Part shown: one piece after another, positions 1 through 9,521 of the stretch | Position numbering within the stretch: position 1 is the stretch's first letter | Layout: every line of letters begins with the position of its first letter | Source: a virus | Lineage: Duplodnaviria; Caudoviricetes | Direction: 5' to 3' (one strand) | IMG/VR virus record: IMGVR_UViG_3300050821_002847 | Span: 115-64,114 of that record | DNA: 64,000 nt | Position numbers and translations under genes: made by a program | Notes under the pieces: model-generated | Databases searched by the model: none | The model's input: the letters and a program-made list of their open reading frames with translations, nothing else | Told to the model about the DNA's origin: nothing

Positions 1-337
1 CCGCACAGTCACACGCGAACAGCCTAGCCGTCTGCTCAGTCCACGCTTCCAGCCTTCTCGTGAGCCGCGCCTGTCTCACCACTCCCTTGTTGCTATCCCA
101 TAGCACCTCGCCCTTGGCCTCGACCTCGAACACGGCCACGAGAGCAATCCATTCGATCAGCTGCTCCCGCTTGAGGATATGGTACCCATTGGCGCACGGC
201 CTCAATTCTCCGACGATCTTGGGCATCCACTCCCCCGGCTTGCCATCCTTGGGAAGATGCCATTGCCCGTGCCCGCCGTGGTAGCAGGTGCCATCGGCGT
301 TGAGCACTTTGTAGTAGGTCTCTTTGGATTCGCTCAC
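1..337 (-). CDS. Hypothetical phage protein, N-terminal part (runs off left edge)
   Basis: GTG at 337 overlaps upstream TGA; open frame MSESKETYYKVLNADG...CANGYH...TARLFACDCA to the edge; missing from ORF track. Confidence 0.75.
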   Translation of the reverse strand, partial: MSESKETYYKVLNADGTCYHGGHGQWHLPKDGKPGEWMPKIVGELRPCANGYHILKREQLIEWIALVAVFEVEAKGEVLWDSNKGVVRQARLTRRLEAWTEQTARLFACDCA

Positions 338-1278
338 GAGATCACCTCCGCTTCCGTAGACTCAACCGCCGACAACTCCCTCTCATAGATGGCCAGCAAC
401 CCTTGTAGGCTCTCAATCTGGCCTTCAATCTCCCGCTTGGCTCTCACGGCGGTGCAATACTCAGTCCTCCGCTCAGGGGCATGAAACCATCCCTTTTGCT
501 CTTTTGCGTCGAACGGCTTCAGTTGCATCCCTAAGTAGTGAGGCAAGCCTTTCCAGTACATCTCCCAGGTGAGGCCCATGACTCCCTTGTATCTCTTGAG
601 CGTTTTGAGTCTCGAATAGTAATTCGACTCCGGCACGGTTCGCCCGATGACCTTGGAGACCTCAGTGTAAAACTCGGCCCATGTTCGGCCATTCTTAGCT
701 GTCCCTTTGGCAAGGAATCGGCTTAGGGCTTCCCTGATAGGCCGCTCGGCGTACCATCTTACAAACCGCTCCCGCTCCCACTCGCTTGCAGGCTCCAGTG
801 CATAATCCTCCGGCACAACTGGGTTAGGTGGCCTGTCTAGTCGTATTTTCGCCGCCCGCCTCTCCAGCTTAGCAATCAACTCTCGCGTTTGCCGCGCCTT
901 CGGTGCCATCGGCCCTGCTGCCTTGTTTCGCTCTCGCGCGGCCTTGCTGGATTGCTGCGAGTGCGCCCACCTGCGAATCTGCTCCACAATCTGCCAATGC
1001 GTACCTTGCGCAAGCTGATCCTTAAGTAGATACCGACTGCGCCCTCCTCCGTTGAGTAGCAGAGTCTTTTCCGTGGCATCGTACAAGGCCGTCACGTGTC
1101 CAGGCGCGCTGACCGCCGCTTGTAGAATCCTCCGTAGAAAAATGGCAGGCGGACGAGAGCCATCGGTGACAACTGGGATGCCCACATAGGGAGACTTCGC
1201 TTGTGAGGCGTAGAGCTTCACTGTGTCCAAGTCAATGAGGATATGTTCCGCGTCTGGGTACTCCGTTCTTTTGTCCAT
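334..1278 (-). CDS. Hypothetical protein
   Basis: Start reassigned to ATG 1278 (MDKRTEYP) behind GGAGG/GGAG; the longer ORF call overlaps the next gene. Confidence 0.7.
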   Translation of the reverse strand: MDKRTEYPDAEHILIDLDTVKLYASQAKSPYVGIPVVTDGSRPPAIFLRRILQAAVSAPGHVTALYDATEKTLLLNGGGRSRYLLKDQLAQGTHWQIVEQIRRWAHSQQSSKAARERNKAAGPMAPKARQTRELIAKLERRAAKIRLDRPPNPVVPEDYALEPASEWERERFVRWYAERPIREALSRFLAKGTAKNGRTWAEFYTEVSKVIGRTVPESNYYSRLKTLKRYKGVMGLTWEMYWKGLPHYLGMQLKPFDAKEQKGWFHAPERRTEYCTAVRAKREIEGQIESLQGLLAIYERELSAVESTEAEVIS

Positions 1279-1450
1279 TCTCCGATTCCTCCGATTCCAT
1301 TTAGATTTGTACTCTGGCCCGTGGCTCCGTGACCTACCCCTCCGATTGGCGATTGGCTGGGAGGCAGCGTCTGTCCCCTTCCACTTGAGCCGAGCCGCCT
1401 CCCGTTTGCCACCCTCCAGCGCAATCGGAGTAGCGCGGAGGGAATCCGTT

Positions 1451-2365
1451 TTACTCGGCCTCTGCAACCCCCTCCAATGCAGGTGCGAGTCTCTCAATCT
1501 CCGCCCATTCGATTACATGGCATCCGGCATGCACCGTCCCCGTGGCCGTTACCTTGTCGAGGCTGTAAGGCCCGATATGAAACGTGTGGCCGTTGCGCTG
1601 CCATTCCTGGCCGGACTCCATCACCGTGCGGACGAATTTGATAGCACGTTTGGCGTGAGAGGCGGGGACTCTGGCTCCGCGCGAAGTGACAACCTCTTCC
1701 CCTTCGAGCCGCAACATGGTCGGTGCACCATACCCACCGCCATAGACAGTTTCGCCATTACGGAATCTCTCTATAAACTGTTTCAGGTTCTCTTCGTCCG
1801 CAAGTCTGCGGCGCTCTCTTGCAGCCTCGTTTTGAGCTTTCCGCTTGGCGTCCTCTTTGGCTTTCATATCCCACAGTAGCTTGGAATCCAAAGCGGGAAC
1901 GGTCGGAGGTTTGAACCTCAGATTGAAAAACACAGCGTACAGACTTGCCTCAGCCGCCAGTGCCAATGCCTCTTTGTGTTTCCATTCCTTGTTGAATGTG
2001 GTACGGGCACGGAGAGACTTTAAGGCAAACTCGTTAATGCGTCTCCGGTAACCCTCAAGGTTCTTTTTGTGCTCATCCACTTTTCGAGCGAAGATGTCCG
2101 ATACCTCGAACACCTGCATTCCCGCTGGTACTGCTCTCTTTGTTTGTGACAGGTGCTTTGCCGTGGTGACACTATAGGTTCGCGTGGTGAACATCACTGC
2201 TCGCTTTCCCTTGCGTTCGACTATATCCGCCATGGGGAAGTGCGAGCCGTAGGAGTAAATGGTAGTCCCAGTGAAGTACAAATTGTGGCCGGGGTTCTTA
2301 GCTTCGGTTTGCGTTTGGTGAATCCACAGGTGCGGTATCTCGCTTGTTGGGTGTACTGTTCTCAT
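1451..2365 (-). CDS. Hypothetical phage protein
   Basis: 304-aa ORF with GGAGG RBS; IYSYGSHF motif and coiled-coil middle. Confidence 0.8.
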   Translation of the reverse strand: MRTVHPTSEIPHLWIHQTQTEAKNPGHNLYFTGTTIYSYGSHFPMADIVERKGKRAVMFTTRTYSVTTAKHLSQTKRAVPAGMQVFEVSDIFARKVDEHKKNLEGYRRRINEFALKSLRARTTFNKEWKHKEALALAAEASLYAVFFNLRFKPPTVPALDSKLLWDMKAKEDAKRKAQNEAARERRRLADEENLKQFIERFRNGETVYGGGYGAPTMLRLEGEEVVTSRGARVPASHAKRAIKFVRTVMESGQEWQRNGHTFHIGPYSLDKVTATGTVHAGCHVIEWAEIERLAPALEGVAEAE

Positions 2366-2464
2366 AGCTCCAATCCTCCGATTATCCTAAGATCGGCGCG
2401 CGTGCATCCGGCCTGGCCCGCCCTACGCGATGGCGCAAGGCAGGCACGCTGGACGCTCTTGGCG

Positions 2465-2869
2465 CTAGGCCATGCTGCTCAGGAACATCTCCTCGGAATC
2501 CTCAAGTGCCCAGTCCTTCGCAACGTTGTGCTCGACAATCCGCCGATGCCAGTCTCCGCTCTGAATCGTTTCGATGATCTGCCAGTCCATGACACTCTCG
2601 AAGTCTCCCGCGTAACTCCTGACCTGTTGCTCCGTCATGTCAGGCGAAATGGGAACGCACCGCTTGTGAAGCTCACTGCGCGGAGTATCCTTATAGCTGT
2701 ACGTGGCCTCACTTCCTTGCCAAAGACGGCCTCGAACGTTCAAAGTGTATGACATTTGTCCTTCTTCAATCTTCATCTCTAGCCAAATAACGTCGCACGT
2801 CTGCCACTTGTAGGCGTCTAGACGCTTAACGTCATCAACCGCGTACAGCATCTCGATTAGTTCACGCAC
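2465..2869 (-). CDS. Hypothetical protein
   Basis: 134-aa ORF, GGAGG RBS. Confidence 0.65.
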   Translation of the reverse strand: MRELIEMLYAVDDVKRLDAYKWQTCDVIWLEMKIEEGQMSYTLNVRGRLWQGSEATYSYKDTPRSELHKRCVPISPDMTEQQVRSYAGDFESVMDWQIIETIQSGDWHRRIVEHNVAKDWALEDSEEMFLSSMA

Positions 2870-2903
2870 TGGGAAGCCTCCGATTTGAGATTAGACTCTC
2901 TTG

Positions 2904-3041
2904 CTACCTTGCGTGCTGAATCGAGTACAAAACATAGGCCAGATAGACGGATAAGGCCGTCCCTGCGAAACAGAACACTTGCAGACTGAACAGGAACACC
3001 TTGTACCAGACTGAGTAATGACGCTCTGAGGTGAATCGCAT
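2904..3041 (-). CDS. Small membrane protein
   Basis: ATG 3041 after GGAGG; one hydrophobic segment; just downstream of leftward promoter. Confidence 0.6.
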   Translation of the reverse strand: MRFTSERHYSVWYKVFLFSLQVFCFAGTALSVYLAYVLYSIQHAR

Positions 3042-3088
3042 GTGAGCCTCCGATTTGATATCGCCTGCTACCATCGCCATCGGTGCCG

Positions 3089-3117
3089 ACTCTACCACAC
3101 ACTCCCTATGCTGTCAA
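3089..3117 (-). promoter_or_regulatory. Sigma70-type leftward promoter
   Basis: TTGACA (3117-3112), 17 nt, TGG-TAGAGT extended -10. Confidence 0.7.
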
Positions 3118-3623
3118 GCGCTATCGCCAGCAAAAAGACAGTCTCAGCCAAAAATAAAGTTAGCAGCGCGGTCCTTAGCGTGCTCAGACCAGCGTGTCGG
3201 ACTGTACACAGAATGGACACTATCTAAACCATTACTTGAGATATAGTTAAAGAGAAACATTAGGTAATTTCTACATAGTGGATTGGTGAGATTTCGCCAA
3301 TTAACGATATTTCGACAATTAGGCCTAGTCTGCATCGGCACAGTAGGCATAGTCCGCACAGTCACCTTTGTCGGCGCGCCGACAACGCCACCCGCGCGAC
3401 GCTGACCCCAGGTGCGCGTGCGCTCCCCTGCCAGCACCGGATGCGATCTCCGCCACCGCTGCACTCCCACTACACTCATAGTAGCCATAGTCAGGGTAGG
3501 CATTGGCTGGGTCCGCGAGTTGTCCGGCCAGTGAGGACACGCGCGCGGGGCCGTATCGGGTCGTGCCACCACGCTCAATTTTATATTATTTTTAATATTT
3601 ATTGTCAGTTTACTACTATAGGC

Positions 3624-3652
3624 TTGACATAGACTGTCGATAGTGCTATATA
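3624..3652 (+). promoter_or_regulatory. Sigma70-type rightward promoter
   Basis: TTGACA 3624-3629, 17 nt, TGC-TATATA; AT-rich tract upstream. Confidence 0.6.
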
Positions 3653-3658
3653 GAGGTT

Positions 3659-4324
3659 GTGGATAGAGACACCACATCTGTAGACGTATCCGCGCCGCCC
3701 GAACTCGCCCCGCTCACCCCCTCCGAGCGCGCCGCCGCCACCGACGACATCCTCTCGCGCATCAACGAACTCCTGCTCCAGCGCAGCCGCATCGACCGCG
3801 AACTCCTGGAACTTCGCCAGGGAAACCACGACCTCCTGAACCACGAATGCCTGCGCTGCGGCCATCTGTGGACCGGCATCACGCTCAGCCGCCCAGACCA
3901 GTGCCCGCGCTGCCACTCCCGCCACTGGGACCGCGATCCGATCCGCGCCGGGTGCCGTACGCCAGCCGATCCGCCCGCGCCGTGGTTCCACCCGCGCTAC
4001 AAGGGCGAGCGATACGCTAACGCTAGGGCGAATCATAGGCCGTTGGTGCGCGAGCGTCCGGTGTCGTCGCACCCGAGCGATGCCGAGGCCGCAGCATATT
4101 GGGAACGCCGCAATAAGCTCGGCGCGGGGATTCCTCCGCCGCCGCGATTCACGCCGCAGATGAAAGAATCGGAGCCTTCGCTTTCTGTTGTAGAGGTAGA
4201 GCGTCAGTATGTCGAGCTAGTGTCCACCGTTGGCGAGCCTAATATGATCGAAGGGCCAAAAGAAAAAATAGACGCCCTCAAGCAGATGTACCCAGAGAAT
4301 CCCGAGGAGTCGCGTGAGACTTAG
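3659..4324 (+). CDS. Zinc-ribbon protein
   Basis: CLRCGHLW...PDQCPRCHSRHWD. Confidence 0.7.
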   Translation: MDRDTTSVDVSAPPELAPLTPSERAAATDDILSRINELLLQRSRIDRELLELRQGNHDLLNHECLRCGHLWTGITLSRPDQCPRCHSRHWDRDPIRAGCRTPADPPAPWFHPRYKGERYANARANHRPLVRERPVSSHPSDAEAAAYWERRNKLGAGIPPPPRFTPQMKESEPSLSVVEVERQYVELVSTVGEPNMIEGPKEKIDALKQMYPENPEESRET

Positions 4325-4604
4325 CCGACTCGAATCCCGCTGGCAGCACTGGCTCCCTTGGGCGCGCCGCCACCTGCTCCAGACTCAATGTGGCTCGCTC
4401 GAAGACCTCCGCGCCCTGCACCGCCAGCGTGTCGAGCGCGCGCTCGCCTCCCACGTCGCATGGCCAGCCATAGTAAGATACGATCTCGACGATCCCCGCG
4501 CGGAGGAGATCAAGTTCTCGACGATGCTCGAATGGGCGGTGGGCATGAAGCCCACGCACCAGCGGGTCAAATGGACCGATAGACAAAGGAGAGCCTTGGC
4601 ATGA
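4314..4604 (+). CDS. Hypothetical protein
   Basis: GTG after GAGGAG; stop overlaps next ATG. Confidence 0.55.
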   Translation: MRLSRLESRWQHWLPWARRHLLQTQCGSLEDLRALHRQRVERALASHVAWPAIVRYDLDDPRAEEIKFSTMLEWAVGMKPTHQRVKWTDRQRRALA

Positions 4605-4825
4605 ACTCGCCTCTGTGGGTATCTATCGTGGAGGCTAGAGCGTCGTACCTGCGCGAAAAGTACAGGGAGCCTACCCATATCTACCTGACCCATGAGTTTT
4701 GGACCCGTCTTGTGGACGGGGCAATGAACAACGAAATATGGTCCCTTAATTCGGTCTGTGGAATGAAAGTAGTAAAGGTTGAATCCATGCCAGAGGGAAA
4801 GACGGACTTCTATATCGCAGGTTAA
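4601..4825 (+). CDS. Hypothetical protein
   Basis: AAGGAG RBS, ATGA overlap. Confidence 0.6.
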   Translation: MNSPLWVSIVEARASYLREKYREPTHIYLTHEFWTRLVDGAMNNEIWSLNSVCGMKVVKVESMPEGKTDFYIAG

Positions 4826-4839
4826 AGGAGAGTGAGCGC

Positions 4840-5154
4840 ATGAGTGCCTTGAAATATACCGTCATTCTATCAATACTAATAGTGTCGGGAATCCTCTGGC
4901 CCAAGCTATTACTGCCACAGACAGTGACAACTCCTCGAACCGTGCAGGTGCAGCCCACTTGGGTACCTGACCCTAGCTTTGGCCACTTCGATTGCCCCGA
5001 TGGCTGGATAGCATACGAACGCTCTGAGCCTTATCCTCCTTTTCAAGGATCGACAGCGGCTGTATATATCGCCCCTCCACACGATGCTAAGGGCCACGTC
5101 CTAAATCCCGATAAGAATAATCGTAAAGCAATTTGTATAAAGGAGAGCCAATGA
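4840..5154 (+). CDS. Membrane-anchored/exported hypothetical protein
   Basis: AAGGAG RBS; N-terminal hydrophobic helix; two Cys. Confidence 0.6.
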   Translation: MSALKYTVILSILIVSGILWPKLLLPQTVTTPRTVQVQPTWVPDPSFGHFDCPDGWIAYERSEPYPPFQGSTAAVYIAPPHDAKGHVLNPDKNNRKAICIKESQ

Positions 5155-5864
5155 CCGGACGCGAACGGGTAGCCAACAAGGCCCTGTCGGGAGACGAAAT
5201 CAAATCTATTATCAAGGAAGACTTCGATAGACTTCTTAGTAACGAGGGCCTTCTCAGTCCTCACATAGCCCACGGACGCATCGCCTACGACATCACCCTC
5301 CGCCTGCACATGGACAATCCCTTCAACTCCGAATCGCAATCAGGTACCACCTCGCGTCCCATCGCCACGAACATCGTCCGCGACTCTCCACAGTTAGCTG
5401 CTGTGGAAGCTCTCCCCCTCGCCTCGCCCTCTCCCGAAGCCGTCGCCGCCGGGGACCGCATCTCGCGCTCCATTGACTCCCCGAACGCCGAGCGCCTGCG
5501 CATGGGCATGCCGGTGCCGGTCGAGGTCAAGCAAATGGACGGGACCATCACCACCGAGCAGATCAAATACCCTCCCAATCCCGAACTGGGCGACGGCAAC
5601 ATGAAACTCGAAGACGCCACGCCGGAGGCCCGGGCTGCGTTTGGCCTTCCTACACTCACCCTCGCTGCCGCCGACGAAGTTCCCCTGACCATACGCCTCG
5701 GCAAGTGCGGCCACTCGGACCACAACGTCGCGCTCTCGGGCCTCTGCACGGTCTGCGGAGCCGAGTGGATTGACGCCGCGACGCCCGACCCGCCGCCCGC
5801 CACGCCACAGGACTGGCCCGCGAACCCTCCCGATAAGCGGGACGCCTTCTACGGAGGAGCCTGA
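5151..5864 (+). CDS. Hypothetical protein, C-terminal Cys/His motif
   Basis: ATG 5151 after AAGGAG; CGH...CxxC. Confidence 0.7.
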   Translation: MTGRERVANKALSGDEIKSIIKEDFDRLLSNEGLLSPHIAHGRIAYDITLRLHMDNPFNSESQSGTTSRPIATNIVRDSPQLAAVEALPLASPSPEAVAAGDRISRSIDSPNAERLRMGMPVPVEVKQMDGTITTEQIKYPPNPELGDGNMKLEDATPEARAAFGLPTLTLAAADEVPLTIRLGKCGHSDHNVALSGLCTVCGAEWIDAATPDPPPATPQDWPANPPDKRDAFYGGA

Positions 5865-6106
5865 TGGCGTGGTTCGCCGGGCTTCGCGCGCTCGTGTGCC
5901 TCCGCACTATCTCGCGAGCCATGCAGCGGATCGCCGACGACACCTCCGCTATGCGCCGCATCTACGAAGACACCTGGACCTCCGAGCACGCCCCGCGACC
6001 TCGCACCCGCCCGGTGGAAATCGGCACGATGGACCAAGACGAGATCGACCGCCGCTGGCACCAGCAACGCGAGGAGGCCATGATAGAATCCGAGTCGTCG
6101 CCATGA
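5864..6106 (+). CDS. Hypothetical protein
   Basis: GGAGGAG RBS, coupled to neighbours. Confidence 0.65.
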   Translation: MAWFAGLRALVCLRTISRAMQRIADDTSAMRRIYEDTWTSEHAPRPRTRPVEIGTMDQDEIDRRWHQQREEAMIESESSP

Positions 6107-6834
6107 CGCAGACGATGAACACCGCCGAGAAGCGTGCGGAGGCTTACCGACAATTGGCAATCGAACCTTCTCAGCTATCCGCCGTCCCGCAGATCACCCA
6201 CTCGCTACGCCGCATGTTCTCCTCCATCTCGCGCACCGGCCCCGCCAACCTCCCCGCCGACCCAATCTTCTACCTGAACGCCTCCGACTCCCCGTTCGCC
6301 CGCGCCGTGCTCGACCGCTACTACTCTATCGCCAAGCCCCTGCGCCGCGTGCTTCCACTGGAAGCCTTCTGCGTCGCCGCGCACGTCCCGCCGCTGCGCA
6401 TCGAAGAGGTCGTCGTGCAGACCTACCAGCGCCTGTTTCGCCAGCAATCCCTGCTGTCCGCTGCTGCGCACGGTCCTTCCATCATGGACAAGACCATCGA
6501 ACTCGCGAAGACTGCCATCGACGAGACAGTCCAGCTACACGCGCAGGGCATGGTCCACAAGATCAATGGGGTGATCCCGCTGCCCCCCGCGCGAGTCGGC
6601 ACCAAGATTCAGATCACCCAGAACGCCGAGGCCAGTGCGAACGCGACCGCGCAGGCTGCGAGCGTCGTCCCCGCGCCGCACCCGGAGCTTACGATAAAGC
6701 GGATGATAGATAGATTTAATGAAAATCGTGCGCTCCCCGCCGCCACGCCTGCCGCGCTTCCCGAGGCCCAACCCGAGAACGTGATCCCCATGCCCTCCCG
6801 CGAAGAGTTTATCGAAGTCGAAGAAGATCAATAG
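6103..6834 (+). CDS. Putative terminase small subunit
   Basis: Start reassigned to ATG 6103 (ATGA overlap); directly upstream of TerL; function from position only. Confidence 0.45.
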   Translation: MTQTMNTAEKRAEAYRQLAIEPSQLSAVPQITHSLRRMFSSISRTGPANLPADPIFYLNASDSPFARAVLDRYYSIAKPLRRVLPLEAFCVAAHVPPLRIEEVVVQTYQRLFRQQSLLSAAAHGPSIMDKTIELAKTAIDETVQLHAQGMVHKINGVIPLPPARVGTKIQITQNAEASANATAQAASVVPAPHPELTIKRMIDRFNENRALPAATPAALPEAQPENVIPMPSREEFIEVEEDQ

Positions 6835-9054
6835 ATGTACGCGGAAAGTAAAGTAATGGAGCGTCTCGCCCTCGCCGAGCGCGAGTTCGGCATCTCCCTC
6901 GAATACCACACCATCGAACAAATCTCCGACTTCGACGCCCGCCTGCGCCGCGAGGACAAATACCTCTACAACGCCCTCGGCGCACCGGAGGGCGTACAAA
7001 ACCTCTCCGCCGAAGACGCCCGCTGGATTCTCAACGAACAAGTCCTCTGCCTGTGCGACGCGGTGTACTGTCTCACGCGCTATGGCTTCATTAAAAACCA
7101 AGAGAACATCATCGAACGCTTCCGCTTCCGCATCCCGCAGCGCCTCCTGTTCGACATCATCTGCGAACTAGAAGAGATGGACGCGGCCATCGAAATAATC
7201 CTTCTCAAAGCGCGCCAGCTTGGCGTTAGCACTATCGTCGAACTCCTGATCTCCCATAGAATAATTTTCAGCTATGGTATCAACGCTGTCATCGGCTCAG
7301 CCGACCGCACCAAGACCGCCCTGATGGCCAACATGCTCTTCTTGTTCTACGACATGCTTCCGGTGTGGCTCAAGCCTCGTGAGACCCGCCGCGTAGAGTC
7401 CGACCAGGGGATGCTTGTGTTCGGCCAGAACGCTACGGGAGTCTCGTTCCAGCACGGCGCGCAGGCGACTGGCATCGCACGCGGTACCACGCCCACGATC
7501 TACCACCTGAGTGAAATCGCCGCCTTCTCCGACCCTGTGAATCAGATCGAAGCCTCCTTGTTCAAAGCCGTCCACGCTTCTCCCGGCGTGTTCGGCGTAC
7601 TCGAAGGCACTGGCGAAGGCGACAAAGGCTGGTGGCCGGACACATGGCGTCACGCCAAGATCAACTGGCCTTTGCATCGCGCCCGCCTCTGTCCTCTCTT
7701 TCTCCCATGGTTCTGCGGCGTGGACATCTACCCGACCGCGACATGGCTGCGCATGCGCCCGGTGCCCTCCGACTGGCATCCCAACCACGACACGCGCCTG
7801 CACGTCGCCAAGGCGGAACTCTTCGTGCAATCTACTCCTCTGCTCGCGAAATACCTCCTCGCGCACCTCGAACGCACCGCCGGATTCAAAGGCCGCATAT
7901 GGCGCATGCCTCGCGAGCAACAATGGTTCTGGGAGGTCGAGCACGAGCAAGCGAAATCCAAGGGCATCGAGTCCGTCTTCCTGCAAGAGATGGCAGGCGA
8001 CGACGAAGAAGCCTTACAACGCAGCAGCGAGTCCGTCTTCGGCCATGAAGCCATGGCTGAAATCGAATCCCGCCGCGTTAAAAAATTCGAGTGCTACTCC
8101 CTCTCCGGCCAATCCATCGAATCCACCCACGAGGTTACGCCCGAATACTTCGACTACACCCGCGAGCGCCTCCCTATCCGCTACGCCTCGCGCACCCACG
8201 GCGAGGTCTATCGCTGGGAACTCATCCCGCTCAAGGACGAACGCCTACGATTCACCAACCCACTCGATGTGGACCGCATCCTGCTCATCTTCCACCACCC
8301 GCGCCCAGGCGTCTCCTACTCCATTGGCGTCGATACCTCCGAAGGCAAGGGCCAAGACTCTACCGCTATCAACGTGTGGGCGCTCGGAGACAAAGGCCGC
8401 CCCGACATCCAGGTCGCCGAGTACGCCTCACCCTACGTGAACCACGTGGAAGCCTTCGCCTTCATCCTGGCCATCGCCGCCTTCTACGGCAAATTCATGG
8501 AGCAAGGCGTCACCCGCTGGCGCGAACCCTACGTCTCCATCGAACAAGTCCAGGCCGTTGGCGACACCGCGCAACTCCAGATGCGCAAGATGGGCTACTC
8601 CAACTTCCATCGCTTCGTGCGCTACGACTCGAAGAAAATCCGCAAGGCTCGCGCAAACAAAATGGGCTGGTATACCTACGGCTGGTCCCGTGCCCTACTC
8701 ATCGGCAACTTCGTCCATGCCGCGCAGTCCGGCTGGGCGGAGATCAACTCCCCGTGGCTCATCGACGAAATGAAACACTTCGAGGTCCACATCACCAAGT
8801 CCGGCAAAGAGAAACTGGAGCACGAAGAGGACATGCACGACGACCGCATCTTCTCCTCCGCCGAGGCCATCTTCTGCCCGCACGACATGGACGTACTCGC
8901 AGACCGCTCGAAGCGCCGCATGGTGGAGACCGCCGCGCTGCCTTCGCTCGACATGTCCCCGTACCGGGGCAATGTCGTATCCGCCGCCGAGCATCGCGGG
9001 AATACTATCGACTCCATCGAAGACCTGATGTACTCTTCCGAGAGGCGACGCTAG
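6835..9054 (+). CDS. terL: Terminase large subunit
   Basis: Walker A LLKARQLGVST, Walker B IYHLSE, coupling motif EGT, nuclease motifs IGVDTSEG..DST and HDDRIF. Confidence 0.93.
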   Translation: MYAESKVMERLALAEREFGISLEYHTIEQISDFDARLRREDKYLYNALGAPEGVQNLSAEDARWILNEQVLCLCDAVYCLTRYGFIKNQENIIERFRFRIPQRLLFDIICELEEMDAAIEIILLKARQLGVSTIVELLISHRIIFSYGINAVIGSADRTKTALMANMLFLFYDMLPVWLKPRETRRVESDQGMLVFGQNATGVSFQHGAQATGIARGTTPTIYHLSEIAAFSDPVNQIEASLFKAVHASPGVFGVLEGTGEGDKGWWPDTWRHAKINWPLHRARLCPLFLPWFCGVDIYPTATWLRMRPVPSDWHPNHDTRLHVAKAELFVQSTPLLAKYLLAHLERTAGFKGRIWRMPREQQWFWEVEHEQAKSKGIESVFLQEMAGDDEEALQRSSESVFGHEAMAEIESRRVKKFECYSLSGQSIESTHEVTPEYFDYTRERLPIRYASRTHGEVYRWELIPLKDERLRFTNPLDVDRILLIFHHPRPGVSYSIGVDTSEGKGQDSTAINVWALGDKGRPDIQVAEYASPYVNHVEAFAFILAIAAFYGKFMEQGVTRWREPYVSIEQVQAVGDTAQLQMRKMGYSNFHRFVRYDSKKIRKARANKMGWYTYGWSRALLIGNFVHAAQSGWAEINSPWLIDEMKHFEVHITKSGKEKLEHEEDMHDDRIFSSAEAIFCPHDMDVLADRSKRRMVETAALPSLDMSPYRGNVVSAAEHRGNTIDSIEDLMYSSERRR

Positions 9055-9521
9055 TGCGAACACGCGGTTCTATAGAGCCGGTAATTTACTTTTACAATTA
9101 TCGCGACCCCGCGCACCCCGAAGGCTACCTGATGCTCGCGCCCTACACCTCCTACCCGACTCCTCCCGGCTACGAGCGCCGCGAGGCCCGCACGCTCCCC
9201 GAAGTGGACAAAATGTACGAAGTCCTCGTGCGCCAAGAACGCCTCCAGTGGGAGCGCGAATACTTCCGCGAGGAGGCCACCTTCGGCAAGCGCCAGCAGG
9301 ACCTGCGCGACCGCCTCTACGCTCGCATGACCAGTGGCAGCACCGGCGAGTACGAGAAAGACTTCATTAAATCGTGGCTGGAGTTGCGGAACGAAAAGAA
9401 GCGCCAGAAGTACGCGGACATCTTCGAGCACCGGCATCTATTCTTGTCCGCGCGGGAGAACGATATTCCTAAGGGTCGCAACGCTGACGAGGAAAAAGTA
9501 AACCTCGATAGGATTGGCTAA
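9054..9521 (+). CDS. Hypothetical protein
   Basis: GTG 9054 overlapping TerL stop, GAGAGG RBS; C-terminal part of ORF 8091..9521. Confidence 0.7.
   Translation: MRTRGSIEPVIYFYNYRDPAHPEGYLMLAPYTSYPTPPGYERREARTLPEVDKMYEVLVRQERLQWEREYFREEATFGKRQQDLRDRLYARMTSGSTGEYEKDFIKSWLELRNEKKRQKYADIFEHRHLFLSARENDIPKGRNADEEKVNLDRIG

Noticed and set aside
225-240. Possible frameshift at the C5 run in the left-edge gene
   Set aside because: Counting five C keeps the frame open (KPGEWM)
3354-3365. 12-bp match (CCGCACAGTCAC) to positions 1-12 as a terminal repeat or att site
   Set aside because: Short, one copy lies within a coding region at an arbitrary window edge, and no integrase was seen; compatible with chance
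3325-3540. Minus-strand 71-aa ORF in the intergenic gap
   Set aside because: No RBS, lies upstream of the leftward promoter, and composition is not protein-like
8091-9053. Long alternative-frame ORF overlapping TerL
   Set aside because: Arg/Pro/His-rich shadow of GC-rich codon usage; only 9054..9521 looks like a real gene
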